Sequence record: CP051992.1
Direction: 5' to 3' (one strand)
DNA: 35,665 nucleotides
Origin: a plasmid
Shown piece after piece: positions 1-7,632 of this stretch. The position numbers were made by a program, and so were the translations under genes. Positions within the stretch are counted from its first letter, which is position 1, and every line of letters starts with the position of its first letter. Below the pieces are notes generated by a model, which saw only the letters and a program-made list of their open reading frames with translations, made no database searches and had not been told where the DNA came from.

Positions 1-5
1 AACTC

Positions 6-43
6 GTGTAATTTACACAAATGTAATTTACATTTGTGTAAAT
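6..43. promoter_or_regulatory. Array of TGTAA/TTACA half-sites with ~15-bp periodicity (overlapping 14-bp palindromes ttacacaaatgtaa and ttacatttgtgtaa) upstream of the first gene
   Basis: Read directly: TGTAA at 7, 22, 37 and TTACA at 13, 28. Related perfect palindrome ttacacatgtgtaa at 7993-8006. Confidence 0.4.
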
Positions 44-84
44 TAAAATTATGAAATAGGTTATTTGAAAATGGAGTGATTAAA

Positions 85-324
85 ATGAAATATTTAAAAG
101 TTATATATTATTTACTAGCAATAATCTTTTTAGGATCACTATTAATATTTGGATTTGTAGATATTTTCGGAAGTGCTATCAGTGAGGGTTTTTCTGGATT
201 TATAAATGACATGACTGCTCTTTCTTTAAAATATCCGGTAGCTTGGCATATAGGATGGTTTATATTTAGTCTTATTTTATTAATAATAGGATTACAATTG
301 TTGTTTTCATCGACTCGACCATAG
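85..324 (+). CDS. small hydrophobic membrane protein (~79 aa, 2-3 TM segments)
   Basis: ORF track 76..324. ATG at 85 lies 6 nt after GGAGTG. Hydrophobic stretches LLAIIFLGSLLIFGFV and IGWFIFSLILLIIGLQLLF. Confidence 0.5.
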   Translation: MKYLKVIYYLLAIIFLGSLLIFGFVDIFGSAISEGFSGFINDMTALSLKYPVAWHIGWFIFSLILLIIGLQLLFSSTRP

Positions 325-388
325 AAAGAATTATTTGTAATGCTATTTAATTGATAAATATGTACTTTTAATTTATTAATTTCAATTT

Positions 389-490
389 ATGTTAGAACTA
401 TCTGTAAGAAAGAAAATAAATCGATTAGCAAATGAAAATGGGTATACTTCATCTTCCGAATTTATAAATGAGTTAATAAAGAATATATAA
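389..490 (+). CDS. possible 33-aa ribbon-helix-helix-like mini-ORF, may be a remnant
   Basis: Translation MLELSVRKKINRLANENGYTSSSEFINELIKNI has a beta-strand/helix/G-x-S/helix pattern. No clear SD. Confidence 0.15.
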   Translation: MLELSVRKKINRLANENGYTSSSEFINELIKNI

Positions 491-525
491 AAGAAACACA
501 TATTTATAATTATCAATTTGTTTTA

Positions 526-553
526 TAGCGTCTATATAATAGGCGCTTTTTTT
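526..553 (+). terminator. hairpin plus T-run
   Basis: agcgtct..aggcgct stem followed by ttttttt. Confidence 0.35.
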
Positions 554-574
554 ATAAAAAATTTTCGAAATAAT

Positions 575-614
575 AGTAGACAAAGTAGACAAAGTAGACA
601 AAAGGTGTTATAAT
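575..614 (+). promoter_or_regulatory. Promoter with three perfect tandem 9-bp repeats (agtagacaa x3), each carrying a -35-like TAGACA, then 17 bp to an extended -10 TGtTATAAT
   Basis: Repeats at 575-583, 584-592, 593-601. TATAAT at 609-614 with TG at 606-607. RBS aagaaagaggg and ATG at 649. Confidence 0.5.
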
Positions 615-648
615 GTAATTAACAAATAAAAGAAAGAGGGTTTTATAA

Positions 649-861
649 ATGGAAAACAAAACACATTATTTTGAAGCACATGGAAAAGATTACAAATTAG
701 AAGTTGCGAAAGATATGTTCGGCTGCGAGGCTGTTACAGTAGTTGAAAATGGTTTGTATATGGGAATGATAGACTGTACAGACGAGAGAGACTATAAGCG
801 AATTGAAAGTATGATTAGAGCAGATAAGCATTTTGTTTATACTGATGAAGTTTATTGTTAA
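649..861 (+). CDS. small acidic hypothetical protein (70 aa)
   Basis: ORF with strong SD (agaaagaggg, 7-nt spacer). Rich in D/E. Confidence 0.55.
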   Translation: MENKTHYFEAHGKDYKLEVAKDMFGCEAVTVVENGLYMGMIDCTDERDYKRIESMIRADKHFVYTDEVYC

Positions 862-968
862 AAAGGATAAGTTAAATAAATAACTTACCCTCAGCATAAA
901 AAAAGAAAGTTGACGGAACAATTGCCGTTGTTCCGTCCATATTATAACAAAATATGGAGGGTTTTAAA

Positions 969-1256
969 ATGTATGTAGCAAAAGAAGAAAACGGACAAAT
1001 TTTATCGGAAAGCCCATTTATTAGTTGTGTAATTCAAGATGTTATTGAGCAGAGAATAGAAAACTTTGAAAGATATTACAATCACTATAAAGAGAATTTG
1101 GAACTTAACTACTATATTTATATCGGAAATTTAAATAAACTTTATAACAGTATTGAAGATTATACTAACGAATTGTCTTTAATAGATGATTTTTATAAAG
1201 CTTATAATGATGAAAGTTTTGTTCATAAATCTCAAATAGTGAGGATAGAAACATAA
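969..1256 (+). CDS. small acidic hypothetical protein (~95 aa)
   Basis: ORF track 954..1256. ATG at 969 preceded by atggaggg. Acidic, Tyr-rich. Confidence 0.5.
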   Translation: MYVAKEENGQILSESPFISCVIQDVIEQRIENFERYYNHYKENLELNYYIYIGNLNKLYNSIEDYTNELSLIDDFYKAYNDESFVHKSQIVRIET

Positions 1257-1330
1257 ATCGAGGGGGATTGGTTTCCTCCTCATAATTACCCTATAATTAA
1301 AGTAAACATAACAATGGAGGTAACCTAGAA

Positions 1331-1513
1331 ATGAATGACAATAAAAAGAAATATGAAAGCCAAACTAATAGACGTAATGTTAAGGTATATAAAAAAACCG
1401 ACGAAATTGCAAGCGAATTAAAATTTGAATTACGTGTTAAAACCAAACAGGAAGTTTATGATATCGCAATCGAAAAACTGTATGAACAAATAACAGGTAA
1501 AAAATATGAATAA
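1331..1513 (+). CDS. small basic protein (60 aa), possibly an RHH-type DNA binder
   Basis: SD ggaggt 9 nt upstream. NVKVYKK..DEIASELKFELRVKTKQEVYDIAIEKLYEQI has a strand-helix-turn-helix pattern. Confidence 0.4.
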   Translation: MNDNKKKYESQTNRRNVKVYKKTDEIASELKFELRVKTKQEVYDIAIEKLYEQITGKKYE

Positions 1514-1551
1514 GACAGTAAAATTAATAACTTTTTGAGGAGGATATTAAA

Positions 1552-2502
1552 ATGAACAAGAAATTAATAGCAAGCGGAACAATTGCGTCTATTTTATTGT
1601 TAAACACTGGTGGTGTAGCATTTGCAGATAGTAACAAGCTTAATGAAGATATCTTCATTAAAGGTGCAGACTTGAACAGTCAACAATTGGAAGAAACTAA
1701 AAAGAAGCTTGATGTTGATGATGGCTATAAAGAAATTTCTATAACAACTAATGATGTTGCTAAATATACTGGAAATAACAATTTAAGCTTTATTCATTCT
1801 AGTGCAACTATCACACCAAAAAAGTTTAAAAAAGGCGTAACAGTTGATATAGAAACGCCAGAAAACATTACTAGAATTACAAAAGAACAGTATACAAATG
1901 CGGCTATCACAGCAGGTATACAAGATTCTGAAATCAAAGTTGCTTCGATCGATAAGGTATCAGGCGAGGGTGCTTTAACAGGGATTTACAAAGCATATGA
2001 AGAAAATGGCAATAGTTTAAACAAAGACGATGTTCAAAATGCTAATAATGAAATGAATGACCTAGCTTCAATTAGTGAACAGAATAAAGGGCAGAAAGGT
2101 TATTCAGATGAGGCGTTAAATAACGCTATTGCTGAAATGAAGAAAGAAATAGCGAGTGAAAAACAAGATGGAAAGAATTTAACTCGTGAAGATATTAGTA
2201 AGATTGTTAATGATATTCTTAAAGAGAATGGCTTGAATAAGATTTTAAGTGATAATCAAATCAATTCTATTTATAACATTATGAATAATGTTTCTAATTC
2301 AGAAATACTAAACAAAGACCCTAAAGCATACGAAAAACAAGCAAAAGATTTAGCAAGCAATATTAAAGACAAAGCAGGTAATTTGCTAGATAAGGCTAAA
2401 GAACTAAATACAGAAGAAAACCGTAATTTCTTACAGAAAATTTGGGACTCTATTGTTGAGTTCTTTAAAAAAATCATTAATTGGCTTTTATCATGGTTTT
2501 AG
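1552..2502 (+). CDS. secreted protein (316 aa) with N-terminal signal peptide and coiled-coil C-terminal half
   Basis: SD gaggagga. Signal peptide MNKKLIASGTIASILLLNTGGVAFA/DS. Possibly DUF1002-like, which I cannot verify. Confidence 0.65.
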   Translation: MNKKLIASGTIASILLLNTGGVAFADSNKLNEDIFIKGADLNSQQLEETKKKLDVDDGYKEISITTNDVAKYTGNNNLSFIHSSATITPKKFKKGVTVDIETPENITRITKEQYTNAAITAGIQDSEIKVASIDKVSGEGALTGIYKAYEENGNSLNKDDVQNANNEMNDLASISEQNKGQKGYSDEALNNAIAEMKKEIASEKQDGKNLTREDISKIVNDILKENGLNKILSDNQINSIYNIMNNVSNSEILNKDPKAYEKQAKDLASNIKDKAGNLLDKAKELNTEENRNFLQKIWDSIVEFFKKIINWLLSWF

Positions 2503-2526
2503 TGGCTAAAGAATAATAAGAAAAAA

Positions 2527-2628
2527 GCCGTAGACTTCTGGGGGAAGCTACGACTCAAGCATTTATAAAAACACTACAAAGATAATCATAATTTATAAAT
2601 GCTGAATAATCAAGAGGAGGCATTTATT
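2527..2628 (+). promoter_or_regulatory. Conserved leader element, copy A: hairpin (gccgtag..ctacgac), then aagcatttataaaaa, ~17 nt, taatttataaatgc, SD
   Basis: Near-identical architecture and 15-mers recur at 35380-35484. The inverted repeat gcatttataaa / tttataaatgc brackets a -10-like hexamer (gataat). Confidence 0.5.
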
Positions 2629-2778
2629 ATGAATAAAGAAACATTGATTGACCTTATAGATATGATGATAGGATTAACTGAAATTGAAAGAAAAAGATTG
2701 TCAGAAATGGAAATGCGAAAAGTAGAAATACGTTACAAAATGGCATTATCAGAAAAAACAGATGAAATGATAGGATAA
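2629..2778 (+). CDS. 49-aa hypothetical protein
   Basis: ATG 2629 with SD agaggagg. Translation MNKETLIDLIDMMIGLTEIERKRLSEMEMRKVEIRYKMALSEKTDEMIG. Confidence 0.4.
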   Translation: MNKETLIDLIDMMIGLTEIERKRLSEMEMRKVEIRYKMALSEKTDEMIG

Positions 2779-2810
2779 TACCTAATAACGCTTTAGAAAG
2801 GTACTATTTC

Positions 2811-3260
2811 ATGAAAAAAATATATATAGAAAATATTGATGATTATATACTTGTCGATGATGAAGATTTTGAACGTGTAAACTTTTACAAATGGCACAAA
2901 TCATATGCTCACGACACACAACGTTTTTTAGCCCAAATACTTGGTAAAAAAACGGCACTACCAGTATTCATACTTAACAATCAATATGCTTATCAAAAGG
3001 TTAAGAATAACGATTTTACAAGAGGCAATTTAGGTGCTGATAAACATTCTTTCAGATATCGAGCACCTCAAAAGAATAGTAGTTCAAAATACAAAGGTGT
3101 TTCTTATGATAGCAAACATAACAAATGGGTTGCTAGTATCTATGCAGAGGGAGAGAAAAAATATCTAGGTAGATTTGTAGATGAAAAAGAATGTGCTAAA
3201 GCTTATAACAAGGCTGTGCAGAAATATTGGGGCGGAGACGGTTATTTAAACGACGTATAA
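2811..3260 (+). CDS. AP2-domain DNA-binding protein (149 aa); N-terminal half resembles a catalytically degenerate phage HNH_3 module
   Basis: C-terminal SKYKGVSYDSKHNKWVASIYAEGEKKYLGRFVDEKECAKAYNKAVQKYWGG matches the AP2 fold motif (YRG..W.A.I...G+...LG.F...EEAA.AYD.AA). Upstream ..KNNDFTRGNL resembles the HNH_3 tail but lacks the catalytic His. Confidence 0.7.
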   Translation: MKKIYIENIDDYILVDDEDFERVNFYKWHKSYAHDTQRFLAQILGKKTALPVFILNNQYAYQKVKNNDFTRGNLGADKHSFRYRAPQKNSSSKYKGVSYDSKHNKWVASIYAEGEKKYLGRFVDEKECAKAYNKAVQKYWGGDGYLNDV

Positions 3261-3277
3261 AAAGGAGCTGTTAACAA

Positions 3278-3508
3278 ATGTGCGATAGTTATAAAAAGTT
3301 ACCGGAAAACGTCATAAAATTCGACGCTATAATAAAGTCGAAAAATGACAAGGTGGAATGTCAGTGCGGAGACAAGGCTAAATATCGAATAAACGAAAGA
3401 TATAAGCTAGTAACATGCGAAATCTGTGGAAAGAATGTAGACCCATTTACAGCATTATTAGTGATTGTGAAAAGACTAAAGAATTTTTATCATAATAGCA
3501 GAAACTGA
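3278..3508 (+). CDS. small zinc-ribbon protein (76 aa), translationally coupled to the AP2 gene
   Basis: CxC...CxxC (CQCGDK ... CEICGK). SD aaaggag 18 nt after the AP2 stop. Confidence 0.5.
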   Translation: MCDSYKKLPENVIKFDAIIKSKNDKVECQCGDKAKYRINERYKLVTCEICGKNVDPFTALLVIVKRLKNFYHNSRN

Positions 3509-3655
3509 TAGAGAGCGTGCATTATTAGGTAATGTTATTGCAATATTCAAAACATATTCTGTTTTACTTATAATAGCACCAATAACACAAATTTTAATTT
3601 ATAATCTTGCCTTAGATTTTAAATTTCAAAAATCAAGTTCACCAAGTTCACTAAA

Positions 3656-3690
3656 TAAAAACCAATGATAAAAAGTCATTGGTTTTTATT
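3656..3690. terminator. bidirectional intrinsic terminator between convergent genes
   Basis: aaaa-ACCAATGA-taaaaag-TCATTGGT-ttttt, perfect 8-9 bp stem flanked by A-run and T-run. Confidence 0.6.
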
Positions 3691-4105
3691 ATTCCACACT
3701 AACAATATAGTTTAAGGATATTTTTATTTTAGTTCCTCTATGTTTACTAGTAACTACCATTACACGTTCTAACAAGTCAACTTTGTTTATATAGCATTCC
3801 ATTGAATTTATATAGCCGTTATCCCAATAACTTAATTCTGTAAGAATATTGTTCATACTGTTGTAGTAAACTGTTTCATTAAGTATCTGTAATTGATCGT
3901 CAGACAACAAAGGCATATCAACTTTGTTTTGTTCTTCTATATACTCATCTAATAACTTATACTGGTCAGATACTGTCTTAAATGGAGACCATTTGACTTT
4001 ATCTCTTCCCTTAGGAATATTGTTATCAAGTAATCCTTTAGGAATTTTTCTATAATCAGTTTCATATTTATATGGCTCGGGCAGTTCTGGATTAATCACA
4101 TACAT
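3689..4105 (-). CDS. hypothetical protein (~138 aa)
   Basis: ORF track 3689..4135. The internal ATG (MYVINPEL..) has SD gatgaggtg; the first ATG has none. The only minus-strand gene in the accessory region. Confidence 0.5.
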   Translation of the reverse strand: MYVINPELPEPYKYETDYRKIPKGLLDNNIPKGRDKVKWSPFKTVSDQYKLLDEYIEEQNKVDMPLLSDDQLQILNETVYYNSMNNILTELSYWDNGYINSMECYINKVDLLERVMVVTSKHRGTKIKISLNYIVSVE

Positions 4106-4270
4106 TTTTAACACCTCATCACCATTATAGAACATACGTTCTTATAAGTGAATAGAAGTTTTGTTATATTATAAGTGGTAATAAAACAAAGAATAAGTAT
4201 TATTGATATTTATAGTTATTTCTCATGATAGATTTACTATAATTCTCATTAAATTTAAGAGGTGTATATA

Positions 4271-4663
4271 ATGATTTTAAGTAAAACAGCAAACAAAATT
4301 TTAAAAGAATTAAAGAATAAGGAAAAATATTTCTCAAATCTTTGTATTGAGAATAGAGACGTAAATTCTTCAAAACTTACTTACAAAGAAATAAAAGATA
4401 AATTTCCTGACACTTCTCATATAGTAATTTCTATGACTGTCAAATATTTATTAGAAGAAAAATTTATTTTTAACCATACTGCTGGCAAAGAGAGTACTTT
4501 TGATATTGAAGACGCAGAAAAGGGAGATTCACAATATGTTATTGGTGAAAAAGGGATAGCTTATTTAGAGCAAAAGAAGTTTATTTTATTTGCAAAAATA
4601 GTACCAATTGTTATTTCTTTTGTTAGTTTGATGATTTCTGTGGCTAATTATATTTACAAATAA
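4271..4663 (+). CDS. winged-helix-like protein with C-terminal membrane anchor (~130 aa)
   Basis: ORF track 4262..4663. ATG 4271 follows aagagg. C-terminal FILFAKIVPIVISFVSLMISVANYIY is hydrophobic. Confidence 0.4.
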   Translation: MILSKTANKILKELKNKEKYFSNLCIENRDVNSSKLTYKEIKDKFPDTSHIVISMTVKYLLEEKFIFNHTAGKESTFDIEDAEKGDSQYVIGEKGIAYLEQKKFILFAKIVPIVISFVSLMISVANYIYK

Positions 4664-4762
4664 CTTTTTTAAGAAACAAGTTTGGTGTACCATATAAAAA
4701 TGTTTACTTAAAATGAATGTTTACAATTACATCTAGTTTGTTATTTGCATATTTGCACGTTG

Positions 4763-4807
4763 TTGATAGTTCCTTTTTTAAAGTGTATAATATATAAAAA
4801 AGGAACT
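4763..4807 (+). promoter_or_regulatory. sigma-A-type promoter TTGATA-17-TATAAT with a 12-bp inverted repeat (agttcctttttt / aaaaaaggaact) straddling the -10; likely autoregulatory operator
   Basis: ttgata 4763-4768, tataat 4786-4791, inverted-repeat arms 4768-4779 and 4796-4807. Direct repeats aatgtttac x2 lie upstream at ~4699 and ~4722. Confidence 0.5.
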
Positions 4808-4823
4808 TTAAGGAGTGAATCTA

Positions 4824-5723
4824 ATGTCTCAAACGAATTTAAATGAAGTTATAAAAAATGTCGAAACGTTATTAAGAAGTTCTATTACATTAAAAGAAAT
4901 AAGCGAATCCACAGGCATATCAGAAAGTGTGTTAAAAAAATTAAGCTCAGGCGATCGAGAAGTGTCAAATGCGAAATTTGAAGTTATAAATCAGTTGTAT
5001 CAATTTTATCTGGAAAATCAGAATAAAATATTTAAAGATAGGTTTTATATGGAAGAACTATCTAGAGTCAATTTACCTAAAAATATAAGAAATTTCATAA
5101 AAGATTTAAGCAATGCAATAGACCAAGTAAATAATAATGAACAAGAAATGTTATATGAGGTTAGAACTATTTATATTAAAGATAAAAAGGGGAATATAAA
5201 AGAAAAAGGTAAATGTATTGCTATTGATGAATATATGGGCTTAGATTTAGATGTTAATACCGGTCATGCAAAAGAAATATATGATTTGAAAATTATTAAT
5301 GAAATAGCAGACCCTGTAGATGAATTGAAGCAAGTTAAAATAATTTTTGATGAAATAGGGCTTGTAAAAGCATTAAAGCAAATTAAGTATGACGGGGGTA
5401 AGATTAAACTTTCAAAAGAAAAGCGTCATATAATGGTTTACCCAAAAGGGACGTCTTTATATGAATATAATAGATTTGATTATATAGGTTCGTTCGAGCG
5501 TATGTTCTTTTCTTTAGAGTATAATCAAGAAAAGAATTATAGAATTTTTAATGAAGATGTCTCCTTTAATGTGTTTATACAACAAATAATAGACTATTTA
5601 GGAAATTATCCTGCAGATCCCAAAGGCGAACGTTTAGCGGTTGTAAGACAAATTATTATCGAAAATGGTTATAAAGACACGGAAGATTTCTTAAACCGAT
5701 ATATTTTCGGAGAACAGTCCTAA
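4824..5723 (+). CDS. hypothetical protein (~299 aa) with N-terminal XRE-like HTH
   Basis: ORF track 4815..5723. ATG 4824 is 8 nt after AAGGAG. HTH-like ITLKEISESTGISESVLKKLSSG. Confidence 0.55.
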   Translation: MSQTNLNEVIKNVETLLRSSITLKEISESTGISESVLKKLSSGDREVSNAKFEVINQLYQFYLENQNKIFKDRFYMEELSRVNLPKNIRNFIKDLSNAIDQVNNNEQEMLYEVRTIYIKDKKGNIKEKGKCIAIDEYMGLDLDVNTGHAKEIYDLKIINEIADPVDELKQVKIIFDEIGLVKALKQIKYDGGKIKLSKEKRHIMVYPKGTSLYEYNRFDYIGSFERMFFSLEYNQEKNYRIFNEDVSFNVFIQQIIDYLGNYPADPKGERLAVVRQIIIENGYKDTEDFLNRYIFGEQS

Positions 5724-5963
5724 AAATGAACGTTTTTGAGACAAATCCCTAATGATAAATTAAGAAGATAGATTAAGAAATTTATCCTTGAATTTAATGG
5801 GGATTTTATTTTGGCCATAATTCCTTTAACTTGTGTTATAATCTATGTATCATAAATTTCAAAAAATACGAGTTTTTAGACGATGACAGACTTGTTTATT
5901 TGCATCGAGAGTTAACCTTAGTGTGTAAGTACTAATAAAACGATGAAGGGAGGTAATATTTAA

Positions 5964-6519
5964 ATGGCTAAAATTGGTTATGCACGTGTATCAACGAAAG
6001 ATCAAAGTCTTGACGGCCAAATTGATACACTTAAAGAATTTGGGTGTGAACGTATCTTTAGTGAAAAAATAAGTGGCCGGAAAGTCAAACGTACAGAGCT
6101 TGATAAGTGTTTAGATTATTTACGAGAGGGAGACACATTAGTTATCTATAAGCTTGACCGGTTAGGTAGAACGACAAAGCAATTGATTGAATTATCACAA
6201 TGGCTCGATGATAACGGGATTGATTTACAAATTATTGATATGAACGTTTCAACGAAAGACGCAATGGGTAAAATGTTTTTCACGATGATGAGTGCCTTTG
6301 CTGAACTTGAAGCTAACTTATTAAGTGAGCGTACAAAAAAAAGGGTTAGCTGCTGCGAGGGCAAGAGGTAGATTAGGAGGTAGACCGTCTTTACCAGACC
6401 ATAAGAAACGAGAAATTAAGTTCTTATACGATGAACAAATGATGACTGGAGAAGAGATTGCTAAGAAAACAGGAGTAAGTCGCTCTACTGTTTATCGTAT
6501 AGTTAAGGAAAGAAAGTGA
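5964..6519 (+). pseudogene. serine recombinase (resolvase/invertase family, Bin/Sin-like) split by a +1 frameshift in an A8 tract
   Basis: N-terminal MAKIGYARVSTKDQSLDGQ...LDRLGR is the catalytic resolvase domain. The second ORF (6325..6519) continues ..GLAAARARGRLGGRP.. with a C-terminal HTH (GVSRSTVYRIV). The two frames join if the run at 6335-6342 is A7 rather than A8. Confidence 0.7.
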
Positions 6520-6539
6520 TATAATCACTTTCTTTTTTA
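6508..6539 (+). terminator. intrinsic terminator after the recombinase gene
   Basis: gaaagtgat-ata-atcactttc followed by tttttt. Confidence 0.55.
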
Positions 6540-6548
6540 TTTGTAAAA

Positions 6549-6768
6549 TTTTAGAATTTATTTTTTGTGTTGATACGCTCACACGCACAATCAGAGATTG
6601 TGCTTTTAACAAGCCTACGTGATATTGCAAGGGGCAAAAAACTTTTTATTTGTGGCCATATGGCCAGTCTAAAAACTTTTATTGCTTGTACCCTTGCAAT
6701 CTCCAGCGTAACGGCTTGTTTCAGTGGCTATACAACACGAAAAAAATAAATAATTTCTAAAAGAAAAA
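6549..6768 (+). repeat. 220-bp structured direct repeat, copy 1
   Basis: 97% identical to 7280-7499 (7 mismatches). Contains hairpin gcacaatc-aga-gattgtgc+tttt, nested inverted repeats caagcc..ttgcaaggg / cccttgcaa..ggcttg, and palindrome tggccatatggcca. Ends directly at the SD of the 121-aa ORF. Confidence 0.8.
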
Positions 6769-6781
6769 AGGAGTTAAAAAA

Positions 6782-7147
6782 ATGGATAAAAACAAACTTG
6801 AAATTTATTTGAGAATATGCGAAAACATCAAGGAATATAAAAATTTAGAATTTGAATGTTATAACGAAGATGAAGAAGTTTTTGATTCAAACTTACAATG
6901 TCCTTTGGCATATACTACAAAAGGAGATAATGAGGAATTTGAAATTCAGGTTACATTAGATTTAAATAATAACCAAATTATTAAAGAAATATCGCATGTG
7001 TATATAAATTATAAAGAATATGAGTGTTTTAAAGATTGGGAAGAAATAGCATCTAAAACTTTAAACTTTGACGATTTAATTATGACTGATATGGACGTAG
7101 ATGATTTACTAGAAGAAATTCCTAATAAAAAAGGAATAAAATATTAA
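6782..7147 (+). CDS. strongly acidic hypothetical protein (121 aa)
   Basis: SD aaggag. About 34 D/E against 15 K/R. Flanked by the two 220-bp repeats. Confidence 0.6.
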   Translation: MDKNKLEIYLRICENIKEYKNLEFECYNEDEEVFDSNLQCPLAYTTKGDNEEFEIQVTLDLNNNQIIKEISHVYINYKEYECFKDWEEIASKTLNFDDLIMTDMDVDDLLEEIPNKKGIKY

Positions 7148-7181
7148 ATAAACAATAAGAACAAAGCAAAAATCAAAATGA

Positions 7182-7218
7182 GTGAATGTGATGTATTAGC
7201 TATGCACATCACATTCAC
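7182..7218 (+). other. perfect 13-bp stem hairpin (gtgaatgtgatgt ... acatcacattcac)
   Basis: Read directly; not followed by a T-run. Confidence 0.4.
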
Positions 7219-7242
7219 ATTTAAAAACCAAATTCAAAAATG

Positions 7243-7279
7243 GAGGGAAAGTGAGGTATCACTTTCCCTTTATTTCATT
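7243..7279 (+). terminator. intrinsic terminator (gggaaagtga / tcactttccc + T-rich)
   Basis: 10-bp stem followed by tttatttcatttttt. Confidence 0.5.
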
Positions 7280-7499
7280 TTTTAGAATTTATTTTTTGTG
7301 TTGATACGCTCACACGCACAATCAAAGATTGTGCTTTTAACAAGCCTACGTGATATTGCAAGGGGCAAAAAACTTTTTATTTGTGGCCATACGGCCAGTC
7401 TAAAAACTTTTGTTGCTTGTACCCTTGCAACCTCAAACGTAACGGCTTGTTTCAGTGGCTACACAACACGAAAAAAATAAATAATTTCTAAAAGAAAAA
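7280..7499 (+). repeat. 220-bp structured direct repeat, copy 2
   Basis: See copy 1. Ends at SD caaggagga of the 29-aa peptide ORF. Confidence 0.8.
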
Positions 7500-7515
7500 T
7501 CAAGGAGGATTTAAG

Positions 7516-7605
7516 ATGACTTACTTACTAATACTCATAATAATTATTGGTTTTTGTGTCATGTGTTTTCAAATATTACAGTGTATCAAGTCTTTCAAAA
7601 AATAA
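7516..7605 (+). CDS. 29-aa hydrophobic peptide MTYLLILIIIIGFCVMCFQILQCIKSFKK, type I toxin-like
   Basis: Strong SD (caaggagg) 7 nt upstream. Single TM helix with a basic KK C-terminus. Confidence 0.4.
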   Translation: MTYLLILIIIIGFCVMCFQILQCIKSFKK

Positions 7606-7632
7606 TATAAATTTTGAAAGGGGGTGATATTA

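Noticed and set aside
6146-6630. Minus-strand ORFs 6146..6364 and 6424..6630
   Set aside because: Antisense to the recombinase gene and the terminator/repeat region. No translation signals.
6567-6749. 60-aa ORF (MLIRSHAQSEIVLL..), and its twin at 7298..7480, inside the 220-bp repeats
   Set aside because: No SD. All seven inter-copy substitutions are nonsynonymous in this frame. The element is better explained as structured non-coding DNA or RNA.
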